A stretch of 64,000 nt of DNA from positions 10,044-74,043 of the forward strand of contig JBEKEY010000001.1 of NCBI GenBank assembly GCA_050013595.1. Direction: 5' to 3'. Below, in pieces: positions 54,506 through 62,618 of this stretch. Numbering within the stretch: position 1 is the first letter of the stretch; every line of letters starts with the position of its first letter. The notes below the pieces were generated by a model. That model did no database searches. It saw only the letters and a list, made by a program, of their open reading frames with translations, and was not told the origin of the DNA. The translations under genes were made by a program, and so were the position numbers. This stretch comes from Thermoplasmata archaeon. Lineage in GTDB: Archaea; Thermoplasmatota; Thermoplasmata; Lutacidiplasmatales; UBA184.

Positions 54506-55657
54506 ATGACCGGCTTCTTCACGTCGCCCCGCATCGCCTGGGGACCGGGGGCCGTCGAGCAGCTCAGCGGTCTCGGCGCGCGTCGCGCCTTCCTCGTGGT
54601 GGACCCGGTCGTCGCCGCCCACGATGGTCATCGTCGTGTCGTGGAAGAGCTCGCGAAGTCCGACACCATTGTCGAGGTCTTTCCGGTGGGCCCGGACTCG
54701 GACCGCCTCGACGCGGTCGGGGATCTCGCGCAACGGGTGACGGGTTTCGCGCCGGACTGGCTCGTCGCGGTCGGAGGCGGTCGAACGCTGGACGGGGCCA
54801 AGGCGGCCCGTCTTCTCCTCGAACGCCCCGGTCTTTCCCTCTCCGCGCTCCCGCCGGTCTTCGAGCTTCCCGACCCGCCCCGGTGCCGGTTCGTAGCGAT
54901 CCCCACCACGAGCGGAAGCGGCAGCGAGGCCAGCTGGAGCGTCGACCTGCGGTCCGTCGAGGGAGATCCGTTCGAGCTCGCGCATCGGGCACTGGTGCCC
55001 GATTGGGCGATCGTCGACGTGGCGTTCGCCGAGGCGCTCCCGAACGACCTCCTGCGGGACGGCGCGGTCGAGGCGCTCGCCCAGGCGACCGAGGCGTACC
55101 TCTCGGCGTGGGCGAACCCGTTCTCGGACGCGCTCGCGTTCTCGGTGGCCCGGACCGTTCTCGATCGGCTTCCGCATGCCCTCAAGTGGAGCGACGACCC
55201 GGACGCGAAGGAGGCGCTGCACTGCGCCGCGACCCTCTCGGGCCTCGCGGCATCGAACGCCCAGCGGGGCGTGGCGCACGCGCTCGCCCGCGCGCTCGAG
55301 GCTCCCACCGGTCTACCCTACGCTCGTCTCCTCGGAATCGCGCTGCCGTACGCCCTCGATTTCGCGCATCCTTCGGCCCGGGACCGCCTCGAGTCGCTCG
55401 GGGCTGCGATGCGTCGGTCGGACGAGAGCTCGCCGCTCCCGATCGCCGCCCGAGTGCGCAAGTTCTACGAGAACATCCGCTTCCCGACCGACCTGAGAGC
55501 GGCCGGCGTCGCGCCGGAACGCCTGGCGGAAGGTCGTGCGAGCATCATCGCGAACGCTCTTCGCTCGCCGGGGGTGCTCGCGAACCCTCGGGTCCCCTCG
55601 GGCCTGGACCTCGAAGTCCTCCTCACGAGCATGACCGTCGGCGCGACCGTACGGTGA
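54506..55657 (+). CDS. Iron-containing alcohol dehydrogenase family protein with degenerate metal ligands
   Basis: AVGGGRTLDGAK, IPTTSGSGSE, PDWAIVD, EAY, ANPR. Confidence 0.8.
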   Translation: MTGFFTSPRIAWGPGAVEQLSGLGARRAFLVVDPVVAAHDGHRRVVEELAKSDTIVEVFPVGPDSDRLDAVGDLAQRVTGFAPDWLVAVGGGRTLDGAKAARLLLERPGLSLSALPPVFELPDPPRCRFVAIPTTSGSGSEASWSVDLRSVEGDPFELAHRALVPDWAIVDVAFAEALPNDLLRDGAVEALAQATEAYLSAWANPFSDALAFSVARTVLDRLPHALKWSDDPDAKEALHCAATLSGLAASNAQRGVAHALARALEAPTGLPYARLLGIALPYALDFAHPSARDRLESLGAAMRRSDESSPLPIAARVRKFYENIRFPTDLRAAGVAPERLAEGRASIIANALRSPGVLANPRVPSGLDLEVLLTSMTVGATVR

Positions 55658-55690
55658 CGCACCGCTCCTTCCGGAGTCGGGTAAGGTCGG

Positions 55691-56776
55691 TCAGATGCTC
55701 TCGGGCGAGACGGTGACCTTTCCCGCTCGAGCCGGCGTCAGGTCCTCGACCCGGGCCGGTGACTCGACCGCGCGGTTGATCGCGATCTCCGCGAGGTCGC
55801 TCGCGTAGAACGCGCTCCGTTCGAGGCTCTCGAGCACGTAGGCGAGGCCAACCGCGAGACGGCCGCGCTTCGAGGTGAGCTCGTGGAGGATGCTGTCCCG
55901 CTTCTCCGTGAGCAGGTGGGCCGCGTCGATCACATCGTTCGCCTTGTCGATGTCCCGCGAATCGAGACAATCGAGCGCGTCCGCGAGGGCCGTGGCGGCC
56001 GCCGCCGCCATGCGGTCGAGTTCCGTGACGAGGCGCTCGGGGGTCCGCTCTCGGCCGAGGATCGTCACGGTCTCGGCGATCCGGACCGCGTGGTCCGCGA
56101 TGCGCTCGAGCACGCGTGACGCAAGAAGGTAGGTGGAACATTCGGGCAGGGTGAGGTCCACGATCGCGAGGATCCGCGCATCCCGCAACGCGCTCGTCAC
56201 CTGTTTTTCGAGGAACCAGTGGAGCCGGTCGACCTCCCAGTCCCGTTCGATCACGTCCCGCGCGATCGCGGTGTCGCGCGCACGGAACGCGGCCATCGCG
56301 TCCGTCTGCATCGCGCGCACCATCTGGTGCATCCGCCGGATGATGGACGGAATCGGGAGCGGGTTCTGGCCGACCACGTCCTGAAGGATCACCGACTCCG
56401 CGGTCTCCTCGAGGATCTCGGGCCCGATCATCCGTTGGGCAAAGCTCCGGATCACTTCGCGCGTACGGGCGCCCATCCGGCCGGGAGTTCGGATCTCGAG
56501 GAGCGGGTAGCCGGCGATGTACTCGCCGATGAGCCGCCGGAAGAGATGCTCTTCGTTCATCTCGTTCCGGACCTCGACCACCCTCCGTTCCATCTCGGAG
56601 GGGTTGGCGGACTCCGCGAAGACCGTGAGCGAGCCGTCCGCGCGCGGCGTGAAGAACAGCACGTCCCCGGGTCCGAGACCGCGGGCGGTCACCCAATTCT
56701 TCGGCAGGGAGATGATGAAGGTGGAGCCGCCCGTCTTCTGGATTCGGCGACCGTGGAACCCGCCGCTGCTACGCAT
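55691..56776 (-). CDS. Archaeal phosphate-uptake regulator (AbrB N-terminus + PhoU domains)
   Basis: RRIQKTGGSTFIISLPKNW, RDWEVDRL, LERIADHA. Confidence 0.9.
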   Translation of the reverse strand: MRSSGGFHGRRIQKTGGSTFIISLPKNWVTARGLGPGDVLFFTPRADGSLTVFAESANPSEMERRVVEVRNEMNEEHLFRRLIGEYIAGYPLLEIRTPGRMGARTREVIRSFAQRMIGPEILEETAESVILQDVVGQNPLPIPSIIRRMHQMVRAMQTDAMAAFRARDTAIARDVIERDWEVDRLHWFLEKQVTSALRDARILAIVDLTLPECSTYLLASRVLERIADHAVRIAETVTILGRERTPERLVTELDRMAAAAATALADALDCLDSRDIDKANDVIDAAHLLTEKRDSILHELTSKRGRLAVGLAYVLESLERSAFYASDLAEIAINRAVESPARVEDLTPARAGKVTVSPESI

Positions 56777-56916
56777 TGACCGTAGTCGGGCCGACTATCT
56801 ATTCTCTATATAGCCTCGGCCAAACCTCCGGCTCTACCGGCCGAACTCCGGGCCCTCGTTCGATTCCTTCGCGGACCCTAAATACGCGGGGCGAGGGTGT
56901 CGAACGGTCGCTCAGC

Positions 56917-58584
56917 ATGGGGGAGCCGAACCGTCACTTCCTGTTCCGCGGTCGGTCGCGCTCGGCCCGAAACGGCGAGACCCTCCTTCTCGCGCTCGCG
57001 CGCGACCGGCTCCCGTTGCTTCGTCGCTCCATCCAGTACCATCGGCCCCAGGGTCCCTTCTGCGGGATCGGCCACTGTGCCGGCTGTCTCGTGCGGGTCA
57101 ACGGCCGCCCCAACGTCCGCGCCTGCCGCTACGAACCCGCCGAGGGGGATTCCGTGACGACCGAGAACGCGTGGCCGTCCCCCGCATGGGACGCGTACGC
57201 GATGGTCGGTCTCCTCACGCCCGGCGGGGTCGACACGCTGCACGGGCTCCGGCGACCGGCCTGGGCGACCCGTCTCTACCAGCGAGTGGTCCGTCGATTT
57301 GCTGGCACGGGGGAGCCTCCGACCGAGGCTGCCGCCCGCGCGCTCGTCGCCCCGGCCGTCGAGCGCTCCGGCGACGTCGTGATCGTCGGTGCGGGCGACG
57401 CCGGTCGAGCGGTGGCGTCCGCTCTCGTTGCGATCGGGGTCCGACCGATCGTCCTCGAGCGGAATCTTCGTGCGCTGCCCGTCGCGGGAGCGGACCTGCT
57501 GACCGCGACGACCGCCGTGTTCCTCCCGCCCCCATCCGAGGCCGGCGAACGGCGGTTCACGCTCCTCGCCTTCCGAGAACCGGCCCAAGGGGTGCACCTC
57601 AACGCGCGGACCGTCGTGCTCGCGACCGGCGGCTACGACGCATCGCTCCTCTTCCGAGGCAACGACCAGCCGGGGGTCGTCACCGCGGACGCGGCGCTGT
57701 CGCTCGTGACCCCGTCGCACCCTCCTCCCTTCGAGCGGGCGGTGGTCGTCGGCGGAGGCCCTCGCGCGGCCGAGGTGTTCGCGCGGTGCGCGGACGCGGT
57801 CGAGGCGGTGGTCGCGCCGGGGGAGATCCGCTCCGAGGTCGTTCGCGCCGCGGCCGACGCCGGCGTGCCGCTCTATCCGCGTTCGCTCCTCCTGGGAGCC
57901 GACGGACGCCGACGGGTGCGCGCGGTCCGGGTCCGCGCTCGGGGAAGCGGGACCGAGACCCGCATCGCCTGTGACGCGGTCGTTCTCGCTCACCGCAGGG
58001 TCCCCCTCACCCAACTGTTCTTCCAGGCCGGCGCGACGATGGAATGGCACCCGAACGTCGGCGCGTACTTCCCGAGCGTGAGCTCGAACGGGGTGACGAG
58101 CGTCCCCGGTCTGTTCGTCGCCGGATCATCGGCCGCGAGCGTTCCGGACTCCGACCGAGCGGGCCACGCTCGGTCCGTCGCCGACGCGGTCGCCCACGGC
58201 ACGGTCTCGACCACACCGCCCGTGGTCCGTTCTCCCGGCGGCCCTCCCACGGAGCTCCTCGCCTACTATCGCGAGCTCCTGCGCGTTCCGGGTCACGGAC
58301 GCTGGGTGGCCTGCCCCTGCGTCGACGTCCTCCTTTCCGAGGTCGAGGAGGCCGTTCGATGCGGGTACCGCGGGATCGAGGTCATCAAGCGATACTCGGG
58401 TCTCGGCTCCGGGATCTGTCAGGGCCGCTACTGCCTACCGGACGCTCTCCTGCTGCTCTCGATCCTCGAGGACCGACCTCCTCCCGAGGTCGGTTACATC
58501 ACCCAACGACCTCCGGTCGTTCCCACCCCGCTCGCCGCGTTCGCCTCCCTTCCGCCGCTGCCGACCGAGAGCGTTCTCCCATGA
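56917..58584 (+). CDS. Proline dehydrogenase/sarcosine oxidase-like alpha subunit (Fe-S + nucleotide-binding)
   Basis: RRSIQYHRPQGPFCGIGHCAGC..VNG.PNVRAC, VIVGAG, LATG, FRGNDQPGV, CPCVDV, GSGICQGRYC, TQRPP. Confidence 0.8.
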   Translation: MGEPNRHFLFRGRSRSARNGETLLLALARDRLPLLRRSIQYHRPQGPFCGIGHCAGCLVRVNGRPNVRACRYEPAEGDSVTTENAWPSPAWDAYAMVGLLTPGGVDTLHGLRRPAWATRLYQRVVRRFAGTGEPPTEAAARALVAPAVERSGDVVIVGAGDAGRAVASALVAIGVRPIVLERNLRALPVAGADLLTATTAVFLPPPSEAGERRFTLLAFREPAQGVHLNARTVVLATGGYDASLLFRGNDQPGVVTADAALSLVTPSHPPPFERAVVVGGGPRAAEVFARCADAVEAVVAPGEIRSEVVRAAADAGVPLYPRSLLLGADGRRRVRAVRVRARGSGTETRIACDAVVLAHRRVPLTQLFFQAGATMEWHPNVGAYFPSVSSNGVTSVPGLFVAGSSAASVPDSDRAGHARSVADAVAHGTVSTTPPVVRSPGGPPTELLAYYRELLRVPGHGRWVACPCVDVLLSEVEEAVRCGYRGIEVIKRYSGLGSGICQGRYCLPDALLLLSILEDRPPPEVGYITQRPPVVPTPLAAFASLPPLPTESVLP

Positions 58585-59744
58585 CGTTCGCGCGGAACTC
58601 CTATCGCACCGTGGTGGTCGGCGCGGGTATCGTCGGTCTCTTCACCGCCTACCATATCGCACGGATGGGCAGCGGGCCGGTGCTCGTCGTCGATCGCGGG
58701 TTCCTGTCGGGGGGAGCCTCCGGCCGCAACGGCGGCGGGGTCCGCCAGCAGTGGGAAACCCGCGGGACGGTCCGTCTCGCCCGCGAGTCGGTCGAAGCGT
58801 ACCGCCACTTCGGACGAGAGTTCGGATTCAACATCTGGTTCCGTCAGACCGGTTATCTCTTCCTGGCCGAGAACGACGCCGAGCTCGCCCGCCTACGGAC
58901 CGTCCACGCGCTCGTCGCCTCCGAGGGCCTCGCCTCGAGGGTCCTCGATGCGACCGGCGTGGCGCGCTTCGTCGAAGGGATCGCCCCGGATGCGGTCGTC
59001 GGAGGTACGTACCTCGAGAGTGACGGTATCCTCTACCCGTTCCCCGCGATCTGGGGCATCTACGAGGCCGCCCGCTCGCTCGGCGTCGAGGTCGCGCTGG
59101 GGGTCGAGGCGCTCGGGGTCGAGGTCCGGAACGACCGGGTGGCCGGCCTCCTCACCTCGCAAGGTCCCGTAGGAACACCGACGGTCGTGAACGCGGCAGG
59201 GGGGTGGTCGGGCGACTTCTCGCGCCGGTCCGGGCTCGAGGTCCCGAACGTCGCGACGCGGCATGAGATCCTCGCGACCGAGTCGATGAAGCCGTTCCTC
59301 GACCCAATGGTCGTGCGCGTCTCGGACGGACTCTACTTCAGCCAGTCGATGCGCGGGGAGATCATCGGAGGACTCACGCTCCCGCACCGTCCTGGAACGT
59401 CGCGGGGAACGGGAAGCTCGCCCGCTTTCCTTTCCGCCATGGCCCGCGCGCTCGTCGGTCTTCTTCCCCGGCTCGGCGCCGTGGGGGTCCTGCGAGCGTG
59501 GTCCGGGTTCTACGACGACACGCCGGACGGATTCCCGGTGATCGGCGAGGACCCGCGTCTTCCCGGCTTCGTTCACGGGAACGGCTTCGGAGGCCACGGG
59601 TTCATGCTGGCCCCGGCGACCTCGCGCCGCATCGCGCTCGCGGCGCTCGGCCAGGCGACCGACCTCGACCCCCACCAGTTCTCGCCGGGCCGGTTCGCGA
59701 CGCGGCCCGTCGCCTCTGCCGCCGAGCGACTGCAGCTCGGTTGA
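58581..59744 (+). CDS. FAD-dependent oxidoreductase, proline dehydrogenase/sarcosine oxidase beta subunit
   Basis: VVGAGIVG, GASGRNGGGVRQQW, VNAAGGW, WSGFYDDTPD, GFGGHGFMLAP; ATGA overlap. Confidence 0.85.
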   Translation: MTFARNSYRTVVVGAGIVGLFTAYHIARMGSGPVLVVDRGFLSGGASGRNGGGVRQQWETRGTVRLARESVEAYRHFGREFGFNIWFRQTGYLFLAENDAELARLRTVHALVASEGLASRVLDATGVARFVEGIAPDAVVGGTYLESDGILYPFPAIWGIYEAARSLGVEVALGVEALGVEVRNDRVAGLLTSQGPVGTPTVVNAAGGWSGDFSRRSGLEVPNVATRHEILATESMKPFLDPMVVRVSDGLYFSQSMRGEIIGGLTLPHRPGTSRGTGSSPAFLSAMARALVGLLPRLGAVGVLRAWSGFYDDTPDGFPVIGEDPRLPGFVHGNGFGGHGFMLAPATSRRIALAALGQATDLDPHQFSPGRFATRPVASAAERLQLG

Positions 59745-59795
59745 CCCGGACTCTCCTCCGGAACGCTATTGAACGCGTGGCCCGCTCCCGCGTCC

Positions 59796-61142
59796 GTGAT
59801 CGGACAGTTCCCGTGGGACCCGTTCCCTCCCTCGGGTGAACCGGACCCGAAGGGCCCGGACCCGGTCCAGACGATCGCGTTCCGGGCGGCCGTCACGACC
59901 GCGGACGCCTACCGGTCGGTCCGGCTCGCGCTCCGGCGCGAGAGCGGCTCGCTACGCGTCGGCAACCGGTTCGTTACGGACGGTCGCTATCGGCAGGTGG
60001 CGTTCCTCGCTTTCGGGAACGCCGCGAACTCGATGGCCCTCGGAGCCCTGCATGCCGTCGGCGACCGATTGACCCAGGGGTTCCTCGCCGGGCCGGAACC
60101 GGTCGCGCCTGAGATCCCGTTCCGGGGCGTCCTCGTTCCTCCCGGGTGGGGCGGCGCGCCCGAGGCCGCGGAAGCGTTCGCCGCGGCTACCGAGCTCGCG
60201 GCCGGGCTCTCCGAGCAGGACCTGCTGCTCGTCCTCCTGTCGGCGGGCGCGGTCCGCTCGCTCGTCCAGCCACCGAAAGGCATGGGAACACCAGAGTTCG
60301 GGAATCTCCTTCTGGAGGCGTACGGTCGCGGCGCCACGGGCACCGAGGTCGAGCTCCTGATGCGAGTGCTCGGCGGCGGCGGCGTCGGCGGTCGTCTCGC
60401 GAGCGCGATCCCCCACGCGGACGTGGCAACGCTCGTCGTCGACCGCGGCGACGGGGCGAGACTGCTCGGCGGCGGACCGATGCACCCGCTCGGGGCGACG
60501 GAACGGACCGAATGTCGGCAGGTGCTGACGCGCCTAGGCTTGTCGGACTCCCTTCCGCCGAGGGTCCGGGAGGGAGTCGGGTCCGTCGATGTCCCGGCCG
60601 CTGGGTTCCCCGACCGGATCGCTCGCCCCGTGATCGTGGCAAGCCCGGGCGACGCGCTCCGAGCGGCGGCCGACGCGGTCTTCGACAAGGGATGGACGAG
60701 TCGGCTCGCGTTCCTCGCCTTGCGCGATGCGCCGGCCGCAGCCGCGGTGCAGTTCCTGACCCGCGCGGAGGAACTCTATTCCGCGGAGGGACTGACCAGC
60801 GACAGCCGAACGAAGGGCGTCGGCGCGTTCGCGATGACGACCCTGGGCCTCCCGGAAGGAGTGGACGAGGGGCCCGCCTTCGGCGAGTTCCTCACCGCGG
60901 CCCGGGAGAACTTACGTCGGCGGGAGATGAGCGCGGGGCTCTTCCGGACCTCCGGGGCGATCGGAGCCTCCGAATACCCGGCCGGCGCGGTCGTAGGCGC
61001 CCCGACCGACCTCGATTCGCACGTGAAGGCCGATCGGGCCCGGGTGGTCGCGATGCGACGCGGGATCACGGATGTCGGAATGCTGGCGGTCGCGCTCTTC
61101 CCCACGCCGGTCGCGGAGAGCCGAGCCGCCCGAGCACGCTAG
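59796..61142 (+). CDS. Divergent glycerate 2-kinase (DUF4147/MOFRL)-like protein
   Basis: Overall layout retained (AFGNAANSMA, DLLLVLLS, GATGTE, GGRLA, GGGP, GAVV) but catalytic motifs altered; start GTG 59796 or TTG 59769. Confidence 0.6.
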   Translation: MIGQFPWDPFPPSGEPDPKGPDPVQTIAFRAAVTTADAYRSVRLALRRESGSLRVGNRFVTDGRYRQVAFLAFGNAANSMALGALHAVGDRLTQGFLAGPEPVAPEIPFRGVLVPPGWGGAPEAAEAFAAATELAAGLSEQDLLLVLLSAGAVRSLVQPPKGMGTPEFGNLLLEAYGRGATGTEVELLMRVLGGGGVGGRLASAIPHADVATLVVDRGDGARLLGGGPMHPLGATERTECRQVLTRLGLSDSLPPRVREGVGSVDVPAAGFPDRIARPVIVASPGDALRAAADAVFDKGWTSRLAFLALRDAPAAAAVQFLTRAEELYSAEGLTSDSRTKGVGAFAMTTLGLPEGVDEGPAFGEFLTAARENLRRREMSAGLFRTSGAIGASEYPAGAVVGAPTDLDSHVKADRARVVAMRRGITDVGMLAVALFPTPVAESRAARAR

Positions 61143-61765
61143 CGGTTCCCCGGGGCCGCGCTGCGCTCGGCGTTCGCCTCGCCCTCTTGGAAGTGGCGCT
61201 TGAGGGCCATGTACTCCGCGAAGGAGATCTCCCGACGGGCCCGAACGGCCCCGGCCTGCTTCAACGAGTCGATCCGGTAGGTCTGCAGCAACTCCGACAC
61301 GGGACGGCCTCCGCCGTCCGAACGCCCTGCCAGCGCGGGAGTCGCGGCGATCATCGGCGTCTCGAACCGTGGCTCCGGGGCCGGGGTCGGCAGTTCCGCC
61401 GGAGCCGGCGGCGCTCCCAAGTACTCGACCAGCCGAGCGTGCTCGCCCGCGGTGAGCTCGCCCTCGCCGAGCAGGAGGTCCACGAGCTCGCGCTGGCGCG
61501 GCCGATAGGTCTCGACGAGCTCGGTCAGATCACGCTCGGGGCGGGCGGCCATCGCCGCGGCGAGCGGGGGGCCGATGAGCCCGTCCAGGTCGGCCTGAAG
61601 GTCGTCGAGCGCCCGGGCCAGTTCCGAGTTGTCGGGGCTCGATCCGTCCGGCGTGATCTCGAACCGGGCCGAGAGCCGTACCGACCCGGCCGACGGTGCG
61701 TCCGCACGCAGCGGACGCTCGACCGTGAGCTCGACCTCGCGCCGTCGTACGGGCACGGCGGCCAA
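61139..61765 (-). CDS. Hypothetical protein with two internal 39-aa SHOCT-like repeats
   Basis: RDLTELVETYR...GELTAGEHARL versus RPVSELLQTYR...REISFAEYMALK. Confidence 0.6.
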   Translation of the reverse strand: MAAVPVRRREVELTVERPLRADAPSAGSVRLSARFEITPDGSSPDNSELARALDDLQADLDGLIGPPLAAAMAARPERDLTELVETYRPRQRELVDLLLGEGELTAGEHARLVEYLGAPPAPAELPTPAPEPRFETPMIAATPALAGRSDGGGRPVSELLQTYRIDSLKQAGAVRARREISFAEYMALKRHFQEGEANAERSAAPGNR

Positions 61766-61899
61766 CGGTCGAGCGCGGAGAAAAGGTACGCCCGCACGAT
61801 GAAACGCGAATCGCGTTCTCTCGAGTTACCACCGTTCACTTGCTTTCACACAGTAACTATAAAAAGGTCCGCGGCCCTACGTCCTCCGAGGCGAGACCG

Positions 61900-62385
61900 A
61901 TGGAGACCGAGCGCGCCCGGCGAACCGTACCCGCTCATTCGGGGGCGGCGGACACCTGCGACTCGGCCGACGGGCGACACCTATGCCCGGTCCTCGCGGC
62001 GGTCGGCGTCATCGGGACCGAGTGGCGTCTCGCGATCGTTCACCGCCTTCTCGAAGGGCCCCAACGGTTCAGCGAGATCCTGAAGTCGAACCCGCGGCTC
62101 AACGCGAAGACGTTGAGCGCGACCCTGAAGTTCCTCGAGGGCCAGGGCGTCGTGCAGCGCACGGTCGTGAGCACCCGTCCGTTCTCCGTCGTTTACTCAC
62201 TGACGGAGATGGGCCTCGGTCTCGCGCCGGCCGCGCGGGAACTTCGGGCCTGGGGCGAGCGCTGGCTCCTTCCCCGAGCCGCGCAAGCCAGCCGCGCCTC
62301 CGCCTCCGCCCGACGGCCGCCGGCGATCCAGGGGGAACTTCCCCGGATCGTCATCGGCGAGTCGGACTCGCACCGGTCCCGATAG
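61900..62385 (+). CDS. HxlR/DUF24 family winged-helix regulator
   Basis: CPV...VIGTEW...IV..L..GPQRFSEI, LSATLKFLE, VVYSLTEMG, WGE. Confidence 0.88.
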   Translation: METERARRTVPAHSGAADTCDSADGRHLCPVLAAVGVIGTEWRLAIVHRLLEGPQRFSEILKSNPRLNAKTLSATLKFLEGQGVVQRTVVSTRPFSVVYSLTEMGLGLAPAARELRAWGERWLLPRAAQASRASASARRPPAIQGELPRIVIGESDSHRSR

Positions 62386-62450
62386 CGGAACGGCTTCCTC
62401 CCGAGCCGTTTCACGACCTCCCGTCCGCGGTTCAAATACCGCGAACGGCC

Positions 62451-62543
62451 GTGGTTGTTGTGCAACCACCCCGGGAAGGTCCTTCCATATCGCCGCAAGG
62501 GGACGGCACCGCGTCCCAGGCGTGCGAGGGACCTTTCCACAAC
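62451..62543 (+). ncRNA. Candidate structured small RNA
   Basis: TATA-like TTCAAATA at 62431; 13-bp stem 62473-62485/62526-62538 enclosing inner stems; followed by ACA. Confidence 0.3.
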
Positions 62544-62618
62544 CGGTCCTGGGTAACTCTCCTCTCGGGCCCGAGGTCCCTCTTAATCTTCCCCTCGGTA
62601 CTGAAGTCGACCGGCTCC

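Noticed and set aside
56917..62385. Formaldehyde regulon linking the sarcosine oxidase-like genes, HxlR and hxlA
   Set aside because: Substrate (proline versus sarcosine) is undetermined, HxlR-family members sense many ligands, and hxlA is over 40 kb away
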